A stretch of 64,000 nucleotides of DNA from the NCBI RefSeq assembly GCF_964355755.1, contig NC_092674.1, positions 7,998,001 to 8,062,000 of the forward strand, read 5' to 3'. Every line of letters begins with the position of its first letter. The stretch's first letter is position 1. The position numbers and the translations under genes were made by a program. A model generated the notes under the pieces. That model did no database searches, was not told the DNA's origin, and was given only the letters and a program-made list of their open reading frames with translations. Positions 37,610 through 48,500 of this stretch are shown one piece after another. This DNA is from Antedon mediterranea (lineage: Eukaryota > Animalia > Echinodermata).

Positions 37610-37809
37610 GTGCCGTATTTTTTACCTCTTGTTAGTTCTTTTCCGTCCTGACATGGTGTATCTGTAAGAAAATCGTTGTGCAATTAAGACGGAAAGAAAA
37701 ATGTGTGTGGACAGATATCATCAAGTTGCAGGGGAAAAGGGCTCTGCAACCATGTTAAAGGAGGGAAAAAAAAAGATTGGAGACAAAAGTCAGCATTGGG
37801 GTAGAAAAT

Positions 37810-39870
37810 GAAACCAGCATGAGTCATTTAAAGAAATGCTGTACTTAGAGGAGGGTGATAAGACACCACCGCCGTATGGGGTGATAGTAGGGGGACCAGC
37901 ATGAGTCATATAACCAGCATGAGTCATATAACCAGCATGAGTCATATAATGAATGCTGTACTTAAGAGCATGAGTGATAAAACACCGCCGTATGTGGAGG
38001 GTAGTTAATGAACCAGCATAAGTAATTATGCGGTGGTAGTAGGGAAACCAGCATGAGTCATATAATGAATGCTGTACTTAAGAGCATGAGTGATAAAAAC
38101 ACCGCCGTATGTGGGGTGGGTAATGAACCAGCATAAGAAATTATGTGGTGGTAGTAGGGTTAATGAACCAGCATAAGTAATTATGTGGTGGTAATAGGGG
38201 AACCAGCATGAGTCATAATATAATGAATGAACCAGCATAAGAAATTATGTGGTGGTAGTAGTCATATAATGGTAAACCAGCATAAGAAATTATGTGGTGG
38301 TAGTAGTCATATAATGGTAAACCAGCATAAGAAATTATGTGGTGGTAGTAGTCATATAATGGTGAACCAGCATAAGAAATTATGTGGTGGTAGTAGTCAT
38401 ATAATGGTAAACCAGCATAAGAAATTATGTGGTGGTAGTAGTCATATAATGGTAAACCAGCATAAGAAATTATGTGGTGGTAGTAGTCATATAATGGTGA
38501 ACCAGCATAAGAAATTATGTGGTGGTAGTAGTCATATAATGGTAAACCAGCATAAGAAATTATGTGGTGGTAGTAGTCATATAATGGTAAACCAGCATAA
38601 GAAATTATGTGGTGGTAGTAGTCATATAATGGTAAACCAGCATAAGAAATTATTTGGTGGTAGTAGTCATATAATGGTGAACCAGCATAAGAAATTATGT
38701 GGTGGTAGTAGTCATATAATGGTAAACCAGCATAAGAAATTATGTGGTGGTAGTAGTCATATAATGGTGAACCAGCATAAGAAATTATGTGGTGGTAGTA
38801 GTCATATAATGGTAAACCAGCATAAGAAATTATGTGGTGGTAGTAGTCATATAATGGTGAACCAGCATAAGAAATTATGTGGTGGTAGTAGTCATATAAT
38901 GGTAAACCAGCATAAGAAATTATGTGGTGGTAGTAGTCATATAATGGTGAACCAGCATAAGAAATTATGTGGTGGTAGTAGTCATATAATGGTAAACCAG
39001 CATAAGAAATTATGTGGTGGTAGTATTCAAATAATGGTAAACCAGCATAAGAAATTATGTGGTGGTAGTATTCATATAATGGTGAACCAGCATAAGAAAT
39101 TATGTGGTGGTAGTAGTCATATAATGGTAAACCAGCATAAGAAATTATGTGGTGGTAGTATTCAAATAATGGTGAACCAGCATAAGAAATTATGTGGTGG
39201 TAGTAGTGAAACCAGCATGAGTCATATAACCAGCATGAGTCATATAAAGAATGCTGTACTTAAGGGCATGAGTGATAAAACACCGCCGTATGTGGAGGTA
39301 GGTAATGAACCAGCATAAGAAATTATGTGGTGGTAGAAGGGTTAATGAACCAGCATAAGAAATTATGTGGTGGTAGTATTGAAACCAGCATGAGTCATAA
39401 AATGAATGCTGTACTTAAGAGCATGAGTGATAAAACACCGCCGTATGTGGGGGTAGTAAATGAATCAGCATAAGTAATTATGTGGTGGTAGTATGGGAAC
39501 CAGCATGAGTCAAAATGAATGCTGTACGTAAGAGGATGAGTGATAAAACACCGGCGTATGTCGGCGTATGAACCAGCATAAGCAATTTATGTGGTGGTAG
39601 TATAGGAACCAGCATGAGTCATATAATGAATGCTGTACTTAAGAGGATGAGTGATAAAACACCGGCGTATGTCGGCGTATGAACCAGCATAAGTCAATTA
39701 TGTGGTGGTAGTATAGGAACCAGCATCATATCGTCATAATGAATGCTGTACTTGGGAAACTAGCATGAGTCATAATGAATGCTGTACTTTGGAAACCAGC
39801 ATGTGTCTTAATATAATGAATGATGTACTTGGGGAACCAGCATGAGTCATAAGATGAATGCTATACTAAC
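37810..39870. repeat. Satellite inside the DIRS 5' region: homogeneous 45-bp core flanked by longer diverged units
   Basis: AACCAGCATAAGAAATTATGTGGTGGTAGTAGTCATATAATGGT(A/G) x about 21 at about 38229-39205. Flanking units of about 115 bp share AACCAGCAT and GAGTCATATAATGAATGCTGTACTT. Confidence 0.95.
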
Positions 39871-42800
39871 TATAAACCATTCAGATTTGTGCAAAATATT
39901 TGCCAGTTTAGCGTAGCATCAAGAAAGAAAAACAACAAGTTATTATTTATTTCTTTTGGATGTAACAATGGGAAAATAATAAATGGTGTCAACAGTGTAT
40001 TGCCTGGCATTTTGTTTTGTTTATTCTGTTTAATTATGTATTTTTTTTCCTCTAAAATCCGGTTCCGGATTGTCCACAGTGACTGCAGTAGTAGTAACAG
40101 ATAATAAGATTGTTGTTATTTAATGGCAAAAGTTAGCATAAGAGGCTCCGTGCATGAAAGCAGACCTTACTTTTTAAGTACTAGGTCATTCGATCCGAGG
40201 TCGATTATCAAAAATCTGGCTTGAATGTTGCCACTTGATTTACAAAATTAGTTAGGTCGTTTATCTTTAGGCCGGGCACCCCCCAAAGAACAGTACAGTA
40301 TTATCATAGTGATGACTGATTCGGAAGTCAGGCAAAGGTTGATGCTCCATGTGTGAACCAAGTATGGAGTCGGACGAATTACCCAAGCCGTGTTGGAAAG
40401 CGAGGCTTTCGCTCAAACCGGAAACGAATGAGTTGAGCCTAGTAGGACACAACCAGACAACAAAATTACAGTAAAGTACAACAAATCGAACAGAATGGGG
40501 GTAAGATAAGGTGTTAGATGAATTCCAGTCAAAGAATATTGTGTGAGTTCACACAGCCTATAAGTGTATGAGGATAAAATGAACTGGTAAATGTAAAAGT
40601 GAAAATTATTTTACTTAGCCAAAAACTGGCGTGGTAATCTGTTGACAGCGTGAGGTGAAGAGGATGAGATGCTCACGCTGTCAAAAGATGATTGCGAGGG
40701 CGCCCCGCAATCACGTGATACTTTCATGCGAAACAAATGAATGATTAGCAGCTTGATTAAGACAAGAAATTATATTATTATACAAAGTATCAATATCATC
40801 AAAATGTTTAGTGTCACCACAATTCACATCATTGCATGAACATACTGAAGGACGAATAACAACATCATTAAGCAACAATTCAGTACGCTCCTGATAGTTG
40901 TAAATTTCCTGATGAGTAACCTTCTGCCAATTTATATTGCTTGTATAATTCTTTTGGTTATCTTTTTCATGTTCAATTTCAAAAGAAAAATCATAAACAA
41001 AGCAAAGTGGAAAATGATCCGAACCGATCATGTCATAACGTATGGAAAGCTCTTTTATCCGAGCATTAGCTCCGTTGGTAGACAGGACATGATAAAGCCA
41101 ACTCGTTGTAGCAAAAGCATCACTGATATAAGTAAAGTTATCAGAGTGCTGTCCTAATAAATTTAAATCAGTTAAAATTAAGTCGCACTCGGATGTAAAA
41201 TTTAACAATTCAGCACCAAATCTTTTTTTGTGATCAGCATTAAAATCACCACATACAATAACTTTATCACCATGGAAATCACTAATTATAGATTGAATTG
41301 TACCCAGGTAGTCAACAAATTCAGCGAAGTGCTCATCGCACTCATAAGGAAGATATACATTGATAAAGAGTGTAATATCATTACCACTTCCTAGTTCCAA
41401 ACCAATAATCCTATTGTCGTTGTAATTAACTGTTTTGATGTAGTCGTGCAAACATTTTCTATAAAATATGGCAATGCCTCCATAGGGGCGTCCTTCAAGT
41501 AAGCCATCGGAACTCTTAACAGATGATATCCCAAAACAATCAAACTCTTCATGTAATGATTTTAATATAGGTAACTCGTCATCAAGCAGCCAATGCTCCT
41601 GAATGGCAATAATATCATTACTCATGACAAGATCATAAATTTCTTTTTTGCGAGATTTAAATGACCTACAGTTAAAAGAAACACATTTCAGTTTACTACA
41701 ATTAATTTTAGATTCACTATCCATCATGATGTATTGTTTGCCTTATCGGTTCATAATACCGTCTGACTATAGCAGATTGAGGCCAGAGCTCCGCTTCATT
41801 AATACAGTTCTTATGTGCAAAACCGCATTCAACCATAAACGAAGTATAGTCAGAACGCTTACTAGGCAACACTTCCACAGTAACGTCAATTTTCTTTACT
41901 CTTTTTAGATACGATTTTATTTCGTCCGCTTTAGTATCAGGACTCAGATTTCCTACATACATCTTGTAAGGTGGGGGATCCCTACCTTTTAAAGCAATAT
42001 CAACACCGGTTCCACGCTTGAAATTACCCCGTTTGCGTTTTCGTCTTGGGTACTGAAAGCCGTCATCACAATCCATCCAATCACGAGCGTCCGGATCACT
42101 GGAAGGCGGAGCTTGCCTACGCGCATGAGTCATTACGTCATGTTTGTTTACTTCTGGACGGGTAATTCCCCTCTTCAATACTGGTACGGTAGCTGATTTC
42201 ACAAACTGTGTTACCGATGTAAACAGGGATGTATTATTATTTGAAATTAAACCAACTAGGCAAGTATCATCTGCAAACTTAACATTAAATGATTTACTTG
42301 GATCAATATATCACTATAAAAATCAGAATATAATGAAAAAAGTAAGGGTGAGAGAACGCATCCCTGTGGTGCACCTGTATTACAAGTTAACTGCTTAGAT
42401 ACGCTACCCCTAAACTTAAAAATCTGTGTTCTTTCATTTAAGAAATCAGAAATCCAGTGATTTAATCGTGGATTTATTCCTAACTTTAATAATGTATCTG
42501 TAAGTAAATGAGGCTGAATTGTATTGAACGCTGCAGAAAAATCTAAAAATAATATTCTAGCATAGTTATTTGGATATTCAAGATGACCATACACCTTTTG
42601 CGTGAGGGTCATAACTGCGTCAACTACTCCCCTTTTTTCCCTATAAGCAAATTGGTTGCTATCAATCATACCCTTTGTCTCATTATTTAATATATTTTTT
42701 ATAATTTTCTCATAACATTTCATGGGGATGACTGTTAATGCCACTGGCCTATAGTCATTGCAAACAGTACATTTATCATTTTTTGGAATCGGTGTGATAA

Positions 42801-44559
42801 TAGCAGAGAGTTTTGGTACACGACATACATCAACCGACCACTGAAATAGGTAATGAAAAATATACTTTAATTGGAAATAACAGGTCTTCAGAACTTCCCC
42901 TGAGATTTGATCTGGCCATATTGGCTTTCCTTGACTTGACTTTTTTAGGGTTTGTTCCACATCAGTTATATTAATTAGGATATTATTATTTCCTTCCTCT
43001 CTGATTGAGCCCATAATATTTTCATTTTGTTTTTCCCGTAAATCCGAAAAGTCACTTTTTTCAAACCTGACATAAAAAGTATTTAAGTTATCCGCTGTGA
43101 TGTCAGTATCCTTACTTTTATTTAATGCAACTTTGAAATTACCCGTAACTTTATTCATACTTTTCCAAACGTTCTTGATATCACCTGACTTAAATGTGTC
43201 CTCAATGTGTTTGGCATAGTTCTGCTTATCTCTTTTAATTACTCGTCTCACTTCTCTTTGTCTAATTTTACTGGCTAAGAAATCTCCTTGTTTAAACGTT
43301 TCATATTTCTCTTTCATTAGTAATCTTAATACCTTTGAAACCCATGGTTTATTATTTGCATAGATTTTTACGAATTTGATTGGTACAATGGAGTCCTCAC
43401 AAAACTTAATATATGCTGAGCATCTTTCTACCGTGTCGTCAAGTGAATCGCTCTTAAACGTATCCCAACCTGTTCTATCAAAACAATCCTTTAGATCATT
43501 TATAGCACCTTCTGACCATAATTTTTTAATGATTTTAAATTTTCTTAATTTCTGCTTATACTTTGGCAATAATTGAATAAGATTGTGATCCAATTTCCCA
43601 ATTCCATTTTTTGCTTTTGCCAGGTACGCATTCGGTATATTTCCATAACATTCATCCAATATGCTGTCTTTCCATGTCGGTACCTTCACGTATTGATGCC
43701 AATGAGGTAGTGCTCTTTTAAGCATACAATGATTGAAGTCGCCTAACACCCGCTTTAACGCATCTGGTGACTCGCTCTCTAATAATCTCATTTCTTGTGC
43801 GATTTTTTCCCTGCTTCTATACGACTTCCTTCTTGTTGAACATATGCAACTGTCACAAAGATCTGTGGTATTTCTCTCATATTATTATATATACAATAAA
43901 TAAATCATTTCATCTATTAATATATACTGCAAATAAATACATCTGCTTTTTTCTTAATTGTTCCTCTTCCTAATTCAATTGATGTCATACGTTAAAGTAG
44001 TTGGTGATTCGGGTGCCATGTTTCTTTCAGCATCGCTTAGTGTGGTTTTGTATGCAACTACACTTTGCTTAGCGTCTTACACCTAATCGGTAGAACAATG
44101 CGTCTATAATTAATTTGAATGGTGTAAACACCACATTTATTCACATTAATATCATAATAGTCATGTCATCATCATACCATCTTCATATTATTTTCATTAT
44201 TATTACATTTTGGTTATTTTTATCATTACAATTTGATCAACTACATCAGTGGTATAACATTTTAAGTGTTGTAAAGATAAGACGAATATGAAAAACACGA
44301 TATGCCTACTTCATCGTTAACCTGTTTGTTTCCAAACGTAGTTATAAAATATATCATTATTTATCATTATATAATATTTCATTTAAAAAGTAACTCAGAA
44401 ATAACTATTTTTCTTTTTGTGAATTTTTTATTTTTGTTTTTTTCATTGTAGAACTCATTTTTTCATGATAACCACTTTTAGTTTAGTAATATCAGAGCAA
44501 TCTAAACTATTCCTCCTGTTGAAATATGAAAATGTTTGGCCACTAAGTTACTATTATTA

Positions 44560-45575
44560 AAATAGACCCTCGTACTCTGAGCATTTTGATACATCATTTG
44601 ACCATAGGAAACACTTGCAAACCAATAGACAAATATATTCTTAAAATCAGAATGTGGTTGTTACAAGTATACCTGATAATCTGATAATCAGATTTTAGAC
44701 AAAATGTGAAAATTTTGGAAATGTTTGGCCAACATCTCTACTAACGTTAAAATGTACGTTAACTCTTGTGTATATCAAAAGGAAATAGGTTCGGTAATCC
44801 GAAAATAACTAAGTGTATAATAAATAGTACATTGCTTTTTTTATGTTGTATTCTTTGTTAAACAACCCACGTATAATGTACTGTATAAGGAACTAAACTT
44901 TAAGGAACTACTTTGCAAACAAGTTTCTCAACAACAATATGTATATAAAAGGTCTTTATTGTTACGGAGTTCATCAATTATGCTTCAATTGATTTTGGCA
45001 AAAGAGTAACAAAATAAACATAACCCAAGCTAATATGTTAGGCACAATACTATGCCCTTGGCCGGCTGCAGTTCATTTCCCAAGCTAATATGTTAGGCAC
45101 AATACCATCCCCTTGGCCGGCTGCAGATCATTTTTACACTGAATTATTACTCTTGGTGAATTAAAACGTTAACATCATCATGAAGAATAATCAACAAAAC
45201 TCAAAATAAAGATTCATGAAAGATCAAACTAATAAATATGCCACTTACATATTCACTTTTACTAAGGACAAACAACAGTAGTAATGTTGATGTCTATAGG
45301 CCTATGCTATTTTATGTTAAAAGTCAAGTTTCTGCCCTAAACATTGTGTTTTTGTGCATGATTGTGCATCCAGTTTTATACTCCATTTTCCCATGTTTAG
45401 GTCTACAATATTGTCTTTCTGAAAGATCATAATAAATGGGCTCACAATGTAATTGACACGGAGTGACACAAGATAAATATTTCTTTCTTATAATGGTAAT
45501 CTTTTCCGGGTTATTATTTATTTATCGTTATTCTACCTTATACTCGCGAACGACACTGACTACTAATTGCAAATC
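44560..45575 (+). promoter_or_regulatory. Conserved upstream/5' region of RPTP copy 2
   Basis: Colinear, highly similar non-coding sequence precedes the copy 3 ATG (about 61950-62848). Copy 2 carries an extra about 53-bp tandem duplication at about 45025-45130. Confidence 0.65.
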
Positions 45576-48500
45576 ATGTCTTTCGTAAACTATTTGTCAA
45601 ATGTTCTTCATCTGGTTTTAATGATTCTCAGTTTGAGCTGTCGAATAGAATCTTCAGGTACGTTAAACAATATTACTATGGTAGTAGTAATGTATTTCAA
45701 GCTTGTGACTTTGTTTAATTTTATTATTTGTTTTCCTGGATTCAGTCACACTTAAATGACTCTTGCTCCTATCTTTTCTGTACCTACTTGCTGAGAATAA
45801 TTGTAAATCATTCATTATTTGTATTCATCTATTTGTTAAAGATCCATTGGATATAACTGCATTTTCTGGCACACCACTGACGACGGGATCTATTAAAAAT
45901 TGGTTTCGAGGATACGCACTTCAAGACGACAAAGATATTAGAGATTTATCAGTTGGAATAGTGTACAAGAATGGGAAAGAGAACGTGACTTGGAATGATA
46001 CTGATGATTATTCTGGTCATAACGAAAAAATGATAATTATGCCTGACAATAAACTATTTCCTACAAACAGCATAATTACATGCCGTGTACACCCTTCACA
46101 CACGTATCTAGGTGTTAATTACTTAAGCCTACAATCTCAAACTGAGAGAGTTGGTGTCTTCTCATTTCAAGCAAAGAAAAATGAAATAGTTACAAATTCA
46201 GCAATTGTCTTATCATCCGCTTCTGGTGAGTAAAGCAATATCCATCATGATCTATATACATGTTTCATTCATTTGTGTTCCTTATACGATGTTGACACAT
46301 ACGTAAGGCTCATGAACCGAATTATTCATTCATTCAATCTTTTATTTCGGAAACTCTGGTCCATAGAAAGTAAATTACATATAAATGAAATAAATAAAAT
46401 CTATATATAAATTTACGTAAGGGCAAAATTCGGTAAATCGCGCCTTACTTCTAGAATTTTTACTCGATGGTATATAAAGTTGGTTCGTACTTTCGGTACT
46501 GATTTTAACCACCTGATGTAACCCTGTTTACTAATTAAATTAAGTTAGATAATTAGTTATTGACGACTAAAACGAATTTAGGTTCAACGATTTGCCCCAA
46601 ATAGGGGTGTTTTCCGATCGTGGTATACACTGTCTAATGGATGTTCATCTTGAAAAATACCCGCCACAAAAATGCGAGGAGGCTTCGCATTTTTCTATCT
46701 CCTCCTACGATAATTGTTTTTAATAGCTGAAAACCGGTTGAACAGTTCGAGTACAGCATCATAATGTTGAAGACAGGCCGATTTTCTTTTAAAAATACTA
46801 TTTTGATAGATTTAATATACGTTTTTACAAATGTATTGATTTGTGATGAATGGAACATTCTAAATTATTTGGTTTAACCATAGAGGTATAGATTTAGATT
46901 TATGGGCCCCCTTGGAGAATAAACATAAATAGTATTGCAATGCTGTACAATACTGTTAAGGTATTAACCACTTTTGATCGCAATTTGAATCGTAAATTTC
47001 TTACTGTGAGTGTTGGTACTGTTAGATGTAATATAAAAATATACAAATAAACTTTATTACTGTGAGTGTGGGTAGGCCCTACTGTTAGATTATAAACATA
47101 TAATATACAAATAAACATTCCAAATTATTTGGTTTAACCATTATACAGGTATAGATTTAGATTTATGGGCCCCCTTGGAGAATAAACATAAATAGTATTG
47201 CAATGCTGTACAATACTGTTAAGGTATTAACCACTTTTGATCGCAATTTGAATCGCAAATTTCTTACTGTGAGTGTTGGTACTGTTAGATGTAATATAAA
47301 ATATATACAAATAAACTTTATTACTGTGAGTGTAGATAGGCCCTACTGTTAGATTATAAACATATAATATACAAATAAATAAACGTTATTACTGACAGTT
47401 GCTTCACAACGTTTGTATTAATTAATAATTTAAAAATATATAAACGTCGTAGTGGTGTATCGTTACATGTACTTTACTATTTCAATCGACTATGACAGTG
47501 AGAGTTTTAACAAAGTACCGTATTAAATCGTAAATGTTTTACTGTATTTAGTGGTATATTATTTATAGGCCTATAAAACATTAAAAACAATATTTCGTTA
47601 CTGAGTGGATAAGAATATATTTTAAAATGTTTCCTCTTTGTACCTATCTTCTTCCCCCATCCCCCAACCCTTATGTTACATACAAAACACAAATTAGGTT
47701 TGTTTAAATTAGTCCAAATAAAAAAATTTGACTCATTTTGTTTCTCTCTCGGAAGTAATTCCCAGGGTGCTAATTTTGGTTGACTACATAAATCATTGTG
47801 TATATTTATTCGTTTCTGTAAACGACAATGTATTATAGTCCTGCGGTACGTACATTTGAAATCTCCATTTTTTTCTCGCTGGAAATACTGTGTATTCGAG
47901 AACCATCTGTTGGCACGACCTAGATGGTACGCGAGCGAAGCGAGCGTGCCATCTAGTAAACAAAATTACTACTACCATCTCAGGATGGCATTCCATCTGG
48001 AGAGCATCTTCGACTTAACTAAGACGTTGCTTATAATCGTTGAGATTAAAATATTTTTGCTTGCGTTAAGTCTACACATCAGGCCATATATTGATATTCT
48101 TAACAATTCATAAAAAAAGGGAATTCTACATTCCGTAAACATGAGGCTGGCACTGCAATGTCGAAGCCTTTGCAACAACATTCTTAAACCATTATTGTAG
48201 CATACCTGGAGAGATCGCAAGGTACCTTGATTATAGTTGCACCATAATGTAGCACAAAACATATTTACACAATATGTTCTAAATATAACACATTTCACAT
48301 TGATAGAACACATACTACATTTTCTGACCAAGGAGTTGGCTCGGATACACAAAGATCTGTATTGCCGCTTTATATCAAACTCATCACATAAATCCAAGGA
48401 TATAACATGACCAAGATATGTCGTTGAGTCCACATATTCTAAGCTTTTGTCATTAATGGTAATAATAGGTTTATTTATAAAATAAAATATTATTATAATA

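Larger units (their letters stand above)
33712..40719 (-). mobile_element. Ngaro/DIRS-type tyrosine-recombinase retrotransposon with split direct repeats (degenerate ORFs)
   Basis: Repeat A at about 40598-40719 and 33915-34036; repeat B at about 34036-34182 and 33712-33857 (order A1-ORFs-B1-A2-B2). Gag-like about 36930-37655. RT about 36000-36790 (RILHNLSYP, YYYDKTLPQG, ILDDIL, FLGIELD). RNase H 35455-35930 (SDAS, HCDN, HIPGKQNRICDALSR). YR about 34820-35440 (HSFRIGRAT, GRWS). Confidence 0.9.
30445..42228 (-). mobile_element. RTE-X-like LINE (5'-truncated ORF1 plus APE-RT ORF2), interrupted by two elements
   Basis: ORF1 C-terminus 41717-42228 (RRM-like MYVGNLSPDT). APE 40720-41727 (FNCRS, QEHWL, GRPYGG, GDFNA, SDHFP). 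Linker and RT 32243-33711 (NYRPIAL, QFAFK, LDASKAFDRV, GVRQGG, YADD; one stop at 33520). C-terminus 30561-30918. AATAAA and (TTGAA)n tail at about 30445-30462. Confidence 0.88.
29681..44050 (-). mobile_element. Rex1/Babar-like non-LTR retrotransposon, split by a 11.8-kb nested insertion
   Basis: 5' part about 42230-44050: APE end plus RT (NNKPW, NDYRPVAL, QFAYR, LDFSAAFNTIQP, GAPQGCVLSPLLF, frameshifted VKFADDTCLVGLI). 3' part about 29681-30445: EYVEQFVVWC..LNAKKTKEVIVDFRK, YLGLIIDNKLNW, DPSHPLH, AATAAA and a (TATCTTG)n tail at 29681-29711. Confidence 0.85.

Noticed and set aside
38227-39318. 363-aa ORF of MVNQHKKLCGGSSHI repeats
   Set aside because: By-product of a stop-free 45-bp satellite frame, antisense within a retrotransposon; no independent coding evidence.
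46634-46858. Similar short ORFs in Helitron copies (also 59686-59994)
   Set aside because: Similarity reflects the shared repeat; no Rep/helicase motifs, and ORF limits differ between copies.
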